Shown: one piece after another, positions 1-9,700 of the stretch | How the letters are laid out: each line of letters starts with the position of its first letter | Numbering within the stretch: position 1 is the first letter of the stretch | From: an uncultured Verrucomicrobiae bacterium | GTDB taxonomy: Bacteria; Verrucomicrobiota; Verrucomicrobiia; Chthoniobacterales; JAFAMB01 | NCBI GenBank assembly: GCA_963782115.1 | Contig: CAWAIK010000001.1 | Location: 224,001-288,000 of the forward strand | Length of the DNA stretch: 64,000 nt | Direction: 5' to 3' | The notes under the pieces: generated by a model | What the model saw: the letters and a program-made list of their open reading frames with translations, nothing else | Database searches by the model: none | Told to the model about the DNA's origin: nothing | Made by a program: the position numbers and the translations under genes

Positions 1-388
1 CATCGTGCGGCATGCGCCCGGAGACCACCCTGAGGTTGCTCCACGAGAATCCGCCCCACTCGCGGGCGGACACCATGATCATCTGGGCGTTCTCAACGCT
101 CATCAGGTCTACTAATATACCGCAAGTGGCAGCCACACCGGGAAGGTGAGCGATGCGGTCACGAATGGAGACGTTAAAAGGCTTGGGGATCAGCGAGTTA
201 CTCATATTGCTGACGACCACATCGGTACCCCGCGCCTTCATCCCTGTCTCCCAGCTTTTGCTAAATCCGCGTGAGATACCGACCAGCGCCACAACCGCGG
301 CGATGCCAACGGAGATGCCTAAGATTGTCAGGCCGGTTCGCACCGGACGACGTACCAGCCCGCGCGTCACCACCGTGAAAAAGGTCAT
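1..388 (-). CDS. ABC transporter permease, FtsX/MacB-like (5' part only; runs off the window edge)
   Basis: Manual translation from ATG at 388: MTFFTVVTRGLVRRPVRTGLTILGISVGIAAVVALVGISRG, a typical MacB/LolC N-terminal TM helix. It starts 1 nt after the ATPase stop. Confidence 0.85.
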   Translation of the reverse strand, partial: MTFFTVVTRGLVRRPVRTGLTILGISVGIAAVVALVGISRGFSKSWETGMKARGTDVVVSNMSNSLIPKPFNVSIRDRIAHLPGVAATCGILVDLMSVENAQMIMVSAREWGGFSWSNLRVVSGRMPHD

Positions 389-389
389 A

Positions 390-1208
390 TCATGCTTCTG
401 CGATGGTTGATTGGCGATCTGATATGATGAGCCCGTCCTTCATCTGGATGGTTCGCGATGCCCGCTGGGCGATGCTCAGGTCGTGTGTCACCAGCACCAG
501 CGTCATGCTTTTTTCACGGTGAAGCCGAACGATCAGGTCGAGGATGTGGCGTGCGTTTTCGCTGTCGAGGTTACCAGTGGGTTCGTCCGCGAGCAGGACG
601 GAAGGGGAGTTGGCCAAGCTGCGGGCGATGGCAACGCGCTGCCTTTCTCCGCCGGACAGCTTGGCCGGGAAATGGCTGAGGCGATGCCCCAACCCAACGG
701 ACTCTAGCAAGGTGACAGCTCGATCTCTCCGCTCTGAAAGGGGAAGGCGGGTTTCAAACATCGGAATTTGCACGTTCTCTAGCGCGGTAAAAGTTGGCAG
801 GAGATGAAACGCCTGGAAAATGAAGCCGATCTCGCGAGCGCGATAGCTTGATTGATCACGCAGGTCGGGAACAGAGTTTCCGCGGTAAAGCAAGGTCCCC
901 TTGGTAGGCCGGTCAAGCGCGCCCAAAATCTTTAGCAGCGTGGTTTTTCCGCAGCCGCTCGGTCCGGTAACGGCCAGGAATTCTTCCGGCACTACGCGAA
1001 AACTGACACCCCGCAAGGCCTGTACCTGGCCGTCATCGAACTCTTTCTCGATCCCTATCGCCTCGAAAAGGTACTCCGAAGGAGCGGCCGTCGCGGTGCC
1101 CAATTTCGCTGGACTAATAGATGAATCGGCAGATCGCACGCCAGAGCGCCAAGCTCCAGCATCGGCGGTAAATACGGTCCCAGCCCAACTCCGCAAGCGA
1201 TTGCTCAT
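390..1208 (-). CDS. ABC transporter ATP-binding protein (LolD/MacB/DevA-like)
   Basis: Walker A GPSGCGKT, signature LSGGERQRVAIARSL, Walker B LLADEPTGNLD, H-loop VTHD. Start uncertain. Confidence 0.92.
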   Translation of the reverse strand: MSNRLRSWAGTVFTADAGAWRSGVRSADSSISPAKLGTATAAPSEYLFEAIGIEKEFDDGQVQALRGVSFRVVPEEFLAVTGPSGCGKTTLLKILGALDRPTKGTLLYRGNSVPDLRDQSSYRAREIGFIFQAFHLLPTFTALENVQIPMFETRLPLSERRDRAVTLLESVGLGHRLSHFPAKLSGGERQRVAIARSLANSPSVLLADEPTGNLDSENARHILDLIVRLHREKSMTLVLVTHDLSIAQRASRTIQMKDGLIISDRQSTIAEA

Positions 1209-1415
1209 CGTATTAACCGGGTCCCTGCTCTTTGTTGTTCCCGTTTCTCCCTGAGTGCCTCCCGCCTTTCTTTTCTGCTCCAGTGATCCTCAATTCTTCT
1301 CAGGGCTCCGCGGTTTAATGCCGAATGAAAGCGACGCCCCATATAATTCGTCTTGATACAAGGAATCGGCCGTACGTGGTCGCCTCAATTGCGCGCCGCG
1401 GCTGTGCGCTCCTGT

Positions 1416-2372
1416 TCACGATGGCGTGGCGTTGATCCACTGAGCCCCGGCGCGGGGGTCGGGAAGGTTGCAAAGAAGGTCCACCAAGGCGTGGCGGTAG
1501 CTCGGAAACGGGGATACTTCGCCGGGATTCTCTGGCGCGAGCTCCGAAACGAATCGGGGCAGTTCCGCGTGCGGGAGGCCAGCGTGCCGATGATGCACGC
1601 CATGATAAGGCTCATGGAGCAGAGTAAAGGCTACGATCCGGCCGAGTGGTCCCTTTGACACAATGCTCCGGGTAGAGCTATTCACCGTGGAGCCCGTGAG
1701 TCCGACGTGCTCGATATATTTGCGCCAGCTTTGCATATTTGAGGCGAGATACGCGGGCGCAAGGTACATGCAGAGAAAGTATTTCCACGCACCCCACCAA
1801 GTCACCGCCGCCAGCAGGCAAAACCATACGCCGCCGGTCAGTGCGAACTCAGCCCAAATTCGTCGACGGAGCTTTTTGTTCCGAATCGGAGAACCGGCGC
1901 GGAGAAAAGTGCGAACGAACAAAAAGGGCGTGTAGAACAAGCCGAGACCGAGTTCAAGAATGGCGGCCAGGACCCTGATCCACCGCGGCATTCCAGGGAT
2001 AACGAAAGGCCAGAGTTCTTCGTCCCGTTTAGTGGCCAGGTATGCGTGATGCAATTGATGGGCAGCGCGGTAGAGGCTAAAGCTCGTCAGGCTAAAGATT
2101 CCGATAATAACCCCATCTATCTCATTTAAGCGCCGGTTCTTTCGAAGCAGCCCATGAGACGCCTCGTGGAAGCCGATCAACATCCCGTGCATTAGGTGGC
2201 TGACAGTCAAAACCAGCGGCACAGAGAACCAGACAGAACCAAGGTATAGCGCGGTGCCGAGCGCGGCTTGATTGAGAAAGAAGACGGCCGCGAGGATCGG
2301 GAAGGCCGCCCGGCTCACCCAATGGGTCGGGGGCGGCTCAAGCAAGTTTTCTGTCGGTGGCGTGGTGTTCAT
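1416..2372 (-). CDS. Membrane fatty acid desaturase family protein
   Basis: Three His boxes (HEASH, HQLHH, HGVHH) and TM segments. Start set at ATG 2372, which overlaps the upstream stop (ATGA). Confidence 0.88.
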   Translation of the reverse strand: MNTTPPTENLLEPPPTHWVSRAAFPILAAVFFLNQAALGTALYLGSVWFSVPLVLTVSHLMHGMLIGFHEASHGLLRKNRRLNEIDGVIIGIFSLTSFSLYRAAHQLHHAYLATKRDEELWPFVIPGMPRWIRVLAAILELGLGLFYTPFLFVRTFLRAGSPIRNKKLRRRIWAEFALTGGVWFCLLAAVTWWGAWKYFLCMYLAPAYLASNMQSWRKYIEHVGLTGSTVNSSTRSIVSKGPLGRIVAFTLLHEPYHGVHHRHAGLPHAELPRFVSELAPENPGEVSPFPSYRHALVDLLCNLPDPRAGAQWINATPS

Positions 2373-3727
2373 CGCGTTCGGCTCATAAGGGTGGCGATCC
2401 GGTTTTCCGGTGAACGGCAAGCATCTGCAAGCACGGCCTGGAACAGGTACGACAAGTTTTGTATTTCCGCTAGCGGGAACAGATTTACCCGGAAAAGCCA
2501 CGCCACCTCTAGCCCCTCCTCGATTACGGTGATTTCGCATCCGACATGAAAGCGCGCGGTACCAGTCGAGCGCATCGTGAGCCGGGCGGACAGCCCGTGA
2601 AGCGCGACGTCTGGAACGGGATGGTTTTGCAAAGCGAACCGCACCTCAAAAACCGGATTATGGCCCGGCGCCGGCGAGTCCCCGAGCACTGGCAGGAGTT
2701 CAGCAAACGGCATGGCGTTCGCAAAGGAATCCACGGTCGCTTGATGCACCGCACTCAGGCTATCCGAGAACGGACGGTCTGCATCGACTCGGCCGCGGAG
2801 GGGGACAATGCCGGCGAAGTAGCCCATTGTTTCCCGCGTAGCCTGCCTGGTCCGATTCGCCACTGGTGTGCCTACCAGGACGTCTTCTTCGCCTGTCCAC
2901 CGGGAGAGGGTGACCTGAAATGCAGCCAGCAGAGTGCTGAAGAGCGTTGCGCCATTGGCGCGGGCCAGTTTCCGCGCCGCGTCCGTCAGATCGGCAGAAA
3001 TATGCGAAACCAATCGATGGGGCGCACCTGACGCGGTCTTGGATCCCTCCAACGAGTTCCAGAGCCGGCGGCTGCCGGCCAGATTGGATTTCCAGAAAGC
3101 GGCGCGCCGCTCCAATTCCGCCGGCTGCCAGAACGCCCGTTCGGCTGCACCCCACGCGGCGTAAGTGAGCGGCAATGTTGAAAGTTGCTCGCGCAGACCC
3201 ATAAGGCCCTGCACATACGCAATACACAGATCCCGGACGAACACCCCGAGGCTCCATCCATCGGCAATCGCATGGTGGATCGCGAGGACCAGCACATGGT
3301 GATCGGCACTTCGCCGAAGGACCTCGGCCCGGTAAAGCGGTCCCTGGACCAAGTCGAACGGCTCGCTGAAAATTTCTTTCGCCACCTCTTCGACGGCCGC
3401 TTCGCGCCATTGGTTAGACGAAAGTTCGCGGAAGCGGACAGTGGCTTCGCTGCTCTGACGAATCATCTGGACCGGCCGGTCTTTGCCCGGCAGGAAGGAG
3501 AGGCGCAGAACCTCCTGCCGTTCCACCACTCGCTGAAGTGCAGCCTTGCAAGCGTCTTGATTAATGACGCCCCGCAACTGAATGAGACAGCAAATGTGAT
3601 TGGCAATATCCGTGACGCTTACAGGCGACGCCTCCCACAACTCCCGCTGCGGGAAGGTCAGGGGCTGGAGGCGTGTTTTCCCACTCGCCAGCCATTGCTT
3701 CAGAAGGGCACGTTTGTCTGCCGACAT
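2369..3727 (-). CDS. Stand-alone NRPS-type condensation-domain protein
   Basis: PLTFPQRELW (C1-like), intact HHAIADGWS active-site motif, VGTPVANR, MGYFAG. No A or T domain. Start at ATG 3727 (MSADKRALLKQWL), 16 nt after the PKS stop. Confidence 0.9.
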   Translation of the reverse strand: MSADKRALLKQWLASGKTRLQPLTFPQRELWEASPVSVTDIANHICCLIQLRGVINQDACKAALQRVVERQEVLRLSFLPGKDRPVQMIRQSSEATVRFRELSSNQWREAAVEEVAKEIFSEPFDLVQGPLYRAEVLRRSADHHVLVLAIHHAIADGWSLGVFVRDLCIAYVQGLMGLREQLSTLPLTYAAWGAAERAFWQPAELERRAAFWKSNLAGSRRLWNSLEGSKTASGAPHRLVSHISADLTDAARKLARANGATLFSTLLAAFQVTLSRWTGEEDVLVGTPVANRTRQATRETMGYFAGIVPLRGRVDADRPFSDSLSAVHQATVDSFANAMPFAELLPVLGDSPAPGHNPVFEVRFALQNHPVPDVALHGLSARLTMRSTGTARFHVGCEITVIEEGLEVAWLFRVNLFPLAEIQNLSYLFQAVLADACRSPENRIATLMSRTR

Positions 3728-3743
3728 CTGGGTCAGGCTCCGG

Positions 3744-6700
3744 TTAGCGCACGGCCTCCCTGGGATCAGGAGGGCCATCAGAGACCGCCTCATCGCCAAG
3801 CAACTGTGCAATCTCCTCGTCGGAAAGAGCTTCCAAGTTCACCTCGTCGGCGGACGCCGACTCTGGAACCGAGATGCCTGCTGCGGTTGCCGCGAGTGTG
3901 CCGCCGGCACTCTTTGCGCCCATGTGCTCAGCGATCAAGGAAACGATCTGGCCGATCGTACGCGCCCGAATCAGGCTGGCTTGGGGCAACGACACGCCGA
4001 GAGAGCCTTCAATCGAGTTTTCGATTTCGACGCCCATGAGTGAATCCAGCCCCAGGTCCGTGAGCGGCTGGTCATCGCGCAGAGTGTCCGGCTTCACGCG
4101 CAGTACGGAGCCGACGGAATCGCGCACCGCCTGCTGGATAATGCCCGCCAGCTCTTCCGGGGTTGCCGACTTGATCTTGAGACGCAAGTCACCGGTTGCG
4201 CGGCCCGTCTCCTGTCCCTCGACGGCTGCAAAAATCCGCTCCAGCAAGGGGTTCTCCTGCATGCCGCGGAAAAACTGCCGCCACTTAGCCCAATCAACGC
4301 GGATCGCCATCACCTGCGTGGCGCCTGCGGTAAGGGATGATTCGAGCAGTGTCATCACTTCCCGTGGCGAGAGCTCCGCCGTGCCTTGTCGCGCGAGGAA
4401 TTCGGCAACGCGCGTGTTGCGGGCTACATAACCCTCACCGCCGAGGACCCCCCAATTGATCGTCAGCGCCGGCAAGCCCAAAGCGCGACGATGGTGGGCA
4501 AGCGAGTCGAGGAAAGCATTGGCGGCGCCGTAACTGCCCTGCGCCGGATTGCCAAAGATGCTCGAGACGGATGAGAACATAACGAAGCAGTCCAAATCGA
4601 AATCCCGCGTGGATTCGTGCAGCAACCATGCGCCATACGCCTTGGGAGCCATCACGCTCCGGATCCGCTCGCGGGTGAGCGAAACAAGCGGCGCGTCGTC
4701 GATCACCATGGCCAGGTGGAATAAGCCTCTCAACGGTCGATCGGCCGAACGGATCTCTGAGATGAGGCGTGCGACGTCTGCAGGTGAGCCAATATCCGCC
4801 TGCACGACTCTCACATCGACGCCTCGCTTGCGGAGGGTTTGCACAAACGCCTCGGCATCGGGCGCAGCCGCGCCGCTTCGGCTGGTGAGCACGAGGTGAC
4901 GGGCACCGCCCTCGACCAGCCATTGTGCCAGCACTTTCCCGAAGCCCCCAAACGCTCCAGTGACTAAGTAGCATCCCTTCGAATCGATTGTGAAGGTCGG
5001 CTGAAGCGGTTCACCGCGGCGGGGAAGGAATGCTTCGGGGAATGCGACGACGACTTTGCCGATGTGTTTGCCCTGCGCCATCAGCCGGAATGCCGAATCG
5101 ACGCGGCACGCGGGAAACGAGCGGAACGGGAGCGGAAAGAGCACACCATTTTCGACGAGTCGGGAGATTTCCTCCAGGATTCTTTGCGTCAACGCCTCAT
5201 CACCGGAGAAGACCGCATCCATGGCGACGACATGAAATGACGCATTGCGGCGAAGCGGCCAGAGCGGGATCCGGGCATTCTGATAGATGTCGCGTTTGCC
5301 GATTTCGATAAAGCGGCCGAATTCTGCCAGACAGGAAAGTCCCATCGGAATCGCTTCGGCGGCGAGCGAATTCAGGACGACGTCCACGCCGCGCCTGCCT
5401 GTCAACTCCATCACGGCGCCCGTAAAATCAGCGCGGCGCGAGTCAATCACATGCTGTACTCCGAGGGTCCCCAGCAGCGCGCGCTTTGCTGGACTGCCGG
5501 CGGTGGCGAGGACTTCTGCCCCGAGATGGTGCGCAATCTGGATGGCGGCCATCCCGACGCCGCCCGCGCCCGCGTGCACGAGAATACGCTCGCCCTCCCG
5601 CATCCGCGCGACATTCTGCAGCGCGTGCCAGGCGGTCATGAAAACGACGGGCAGCGTAGCCGCCTGCTCAAACGAGAGTCCGCCAGGAATGCGGCGGACG
5701 TTGCCTCCCCTTGCCAGCGTATGCGAAGCGAGCCCGAACACCGCGAGGCCAAACACCCTGTCTCCCGGAGCGACATGGTGCACTCCGGCTCCGACCGCCT
5801 TAACCACGCCAGCCACCTCGTCGCCGAAGATACCAGCGTCCGGCGCCTCCCCGGGATACAGCGCGAGGGCCTTCAAGACGTCGCGGAAGTTCATTCCGGC
5901 CGCTTTCACTTCGATCAGCACCTCGCCGACGCCGCAAGCCGGCAGAGCGAAAGGCATGAAGAGCAGTGTATCGAGATGCCCGCGTTCGCGCGACTCGAGT
6001 CGCAGCGGTGCTGTCGGATCGAGCCATTCTTCGTGTAGCGCGCGACCACGAACGAGGCGCTGAACGTATCGGGCTTCGCCGCGGAACGCAACCTCACGCT
6101 CGGCATCTTCACGCAACAGTTCGCTCCATAGCAACGACTCGTCAGATGCCGAAGCATCGGGTGGCAGGTCGATCCCGCGCCCGGAGAAGTTTGGGTACTC
6201 ATTGCGAATGACGCGCAGCAACCCGACGAGCGGTGCTTGCGCAACAGCGACCGCATTCATCGCGCGCCCCGGCGGCTGCGCTCCCCGCGTGATGAGGTCC
6301 ATCCGCAGTTTTGCCGAGTATTTGATATCTTCAACCGCTTGGATCAGATGGAGTAAGGCGTCAGTGCCCATCAGCGCAGCGTCTCCTTCGGCATTCGGCC
6401 GCGGCGCGTCCAAACTCCACAAGTAAACAAAACGTTCCGGTGGAGCGTCCTCCGCGCACTCGTGAAGGAGCTGTTTCCAGTCCTCGAGTGCCTCTGAACG
6501 CAGGATGAATGAGTCCTCTCCATCCAGCGCAAAATGGTCGCCACGGCGTGCCACACGGCACCGGACGTCCACCCCGCGCAATTGTGAAGCCAACTTGTCG
6601 CCGAGACCGGAGCGGTCCGCGAAAATGAGCCAAGACTTCTCCGCCGGTATCTCCAGGTGCGGCTCTCGAGAGGGAGACGCGGCGGCGGCCAAGTCATGCC

Positions 6701-9700
6701 AGGGCTTGCGCGCAAGGAGACCAATCTGGCCCTCACCATCTGGACCGAGCAGTCCCGGTAGCGAAGCGGTTTCGTCGAAGCCCGTCTCCCGTAGGACGGC
6801 CTCCCACTGGGAGCGCCCCAACAATGGATGGAGCGGACGCAAATCCCGATCCGTAAAGCGCCACCAGCCGGTCATGAGACCAAAGACTGCCTCCGTCCAC
6901 AACTGTGGAATGGCGACGTCCATGAATACCAGGCTCCCGCCCGGTGTTAGCAGTTCGTGAATATGCCTCAGCGTTGACCGCAAGTCACTGACCGCATGCA
7001 GCACATTAGTGCCGATGATGAAATCAAACGCTCCGGCCTCGAAACCCTGCTCCGTGCCCGGTTTCTCGAGATCAAAAATTTTGTATTCCACTCCGGGAAA
7101 ACTGGCCAGCTTTTGCATGGCGCCGCTGAAAAATGCCGGGGAGACATCACTGAAGACGTAGGAATGCAAATCGCGCTCGATAAGCGGCAGTACATGCGAT
7201 GTCAATCCCCCCGTTCCAGCCCCGACTTCCAGGATGCGCAGTCCGCGGCCCTCTGGCAGGTGGCGGGCTGCTTCCTGGATGGCAGCGGCGATAGCCGCCA
7301 GCCAGTGGCTGGTGTAGAGGCCTTCTCCGTAAAATTGGTCCAAAAACTCCGCTGAGGTCCCGGCGAACAGCACCTGGACGGCATCCTTCTCGCCTCTCAG
7401 GATTGGGCCGAGCTCGGCGCAGTTCGCGGCGCAGAGCAGGCCCTCGGACAGATGTCCTGAATGATTCGATATGAATGAGCGCAGCATTTCTTCGGCGGAG
7501 TCTGCGGCGCTCACAAGGGAGGGTGTGGCCCGATGACCCTCACCATCCTTTTCCAGCCAACCGCGTTTCGCCAGGCCGGCCATCAGACGCTCGAACACCG
7601 TTCGCATCGGCTCTGCCACCCGCAGGGAATTGGCCGTATAGCTTTCGCTCGATCCCGATACCGCTGCCATCTCCCGCACACCACGAGCAAGAAGAGCCGC
7701 TGCAAGCTCATCTCCGGCCGCCATGGCATTCTGCAGGTCGGCTCGGCCTCGCGTGGCGATCACCTGGTCTAGTGCATCTTGCGCTGCGCGCCGCAGGCGA
7801 TCCAATGGGACCGACGGTTGAGATGCGGGGCGCGACTGAGCAGGCGTTCGTTCCCAAGCGAGATGGTAAAGAACGCTGCGGCTTCCTCCCAAGGCACCAG
7901 ATCGGCGCGCCCCGGAGACGCTAACCGCACGGAACCCATCGATGAGAACACAAGGCTTTCCTGCGCCATCATACATTTCGAGCCTGCCTTCGACGTACTC
8001 GTCGTTGCACTGCTGCACGCCCGTGCGGACGAGACTGGAGGCTCCCGGTGAGCGTAGAAACAGAATTTTGGCGAAGCGCACTGGTAGCTTTAGTCGCGCC
8101 TTGCGATCCTCAACTGTCGCAGCCCCCGCCGAAAAGATTTGCAGCGCTCCATCGAAGAGAACGGGATGCAATGAATATTCATTCGCGCGTCGGATAATCG
8201 CGTCGGACAAGGAAACTCTGCCCACCGACTCGCCGTCGCCAGCTGACAGCTCGCGGATGGGCCTGAACTCATCGCCGTACCGAAGTCCCATGTCACTCAT
8301 GTTTCGGTAGAAGTCCTCCGGCTCTACCCGCTTCATGCCAATGGCTCCTTTGCGCTCCCAGGCCGACGACGCAAAGCCCGCGTCGGTACGCTCGCCACGC
8401 ATGGAGCCCACGACATGCAGTGACCACGCAGCGCTTTGTTCTAACTTGCTCTGGATCGAGAACGTCCGTTCATGCGGATCATAGGCCACCTCTAAGTGCA
8501 GTCCCGAAACCAGATCCGGCAGAATGAGCGGCTTGCGAATTTCAAGGTCCTCAACGACGAAAGGCCGTCCGTTGAACAACTGCACGCCCGCTTCCAGCAC
8601 CATTTCCACAAAAGCAGATGCGGGAAACACGACAAGATTTTCGACCTTGTGATCCTTCAAAAAGGCCATGTGCCGTCCATCGAGCTCAGCGCTCCATGTT
8701 GGCGTGGCTCGGGGCAGCCGGATGTCGAGCAATCCGCGGCCACCGGACCCCAGACGACCCTCCCGCCAATCGCTCGACTCATGCCACCAGCGGCTCTTGT
8801 CCCAAGAGTAGGTCGGCAGTGAGAGCAGCCGTCGAGATGGCGTCATCTTCGCGAAATTCAACGCGACGCCGGAGCGGTGCAGATCCATCGCGGTCTCGAG
8901 CACGGATTCGTGCTCGCGTTCGCGACGTGCAGAAGAGAACACCGGCGCTTTTTCGGCGCGCCCGGCGAGGCATTCCTGAATCGAATGAACCAGCGCGGGT
9001 TGCGCACCGATTTCCAGCCACACGTCGACACCCGCCTCCATCAACATGTTCACGGCCAGCGCGAACTGCACCGGCTGTCGCACTCCTCTCCCCCAGTAAC
9101 CGGCGTCACACGCTCCGCCGACACACTGCTGGCCGGTGACCGTGCTGAAAAAGGGGACCGTCCCTGCCTGAGGCGTGAGATCTTCCAACGCTTTTTCCAA
9201 GGCCTCGGACGCTGGTTGCATCAAACGATGATGGAAAGGGTGGTCTACCTGCACGAACCGTACAAAAACTCCGCCGAGTTCAAGCTCGGCGGCCATCGCA
9301 TCCAGTGACATCCGGGATCCTGCGACGGTGAGCGAGCGCGGTCCATTGAACGCGGCAATTGTCGCTGTCCGGTCGTGCCGGGCAATCAACGCTCGCGCTG
9401 AATCCTCGTCCAGACCAATCGCGAGCATCGTTCCTTCACCGCGCGCGCAATCATCCATAAATCGCGAGCGCAGCACGATCACCCGTGCGGCTTCCTCCAA
9501 ACTTAAGACACCCGCGACGCACGCCGCTGCGACTTCACCGACGCTATGGCCAACGAGTGCGGCCGGCTGAACGCCCCAGGATTTCCACAGTTCCGCCAGC
9601 GCTACCTGGATTGTAAAAATGGCCGGCTGCGCAATTTCCGTCCGATGCATTTGGGAGGCTTCTTCCGTTCGGCCAAGTTCTTCCATCACTGAAAACCGTC

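Noticed and set aside
2373..2540. Longer N-terminus for the desaturase
   Set aside because: It overlaps the C-domain gene; the ATGA coupling at 2369-2372 marks the likely start.
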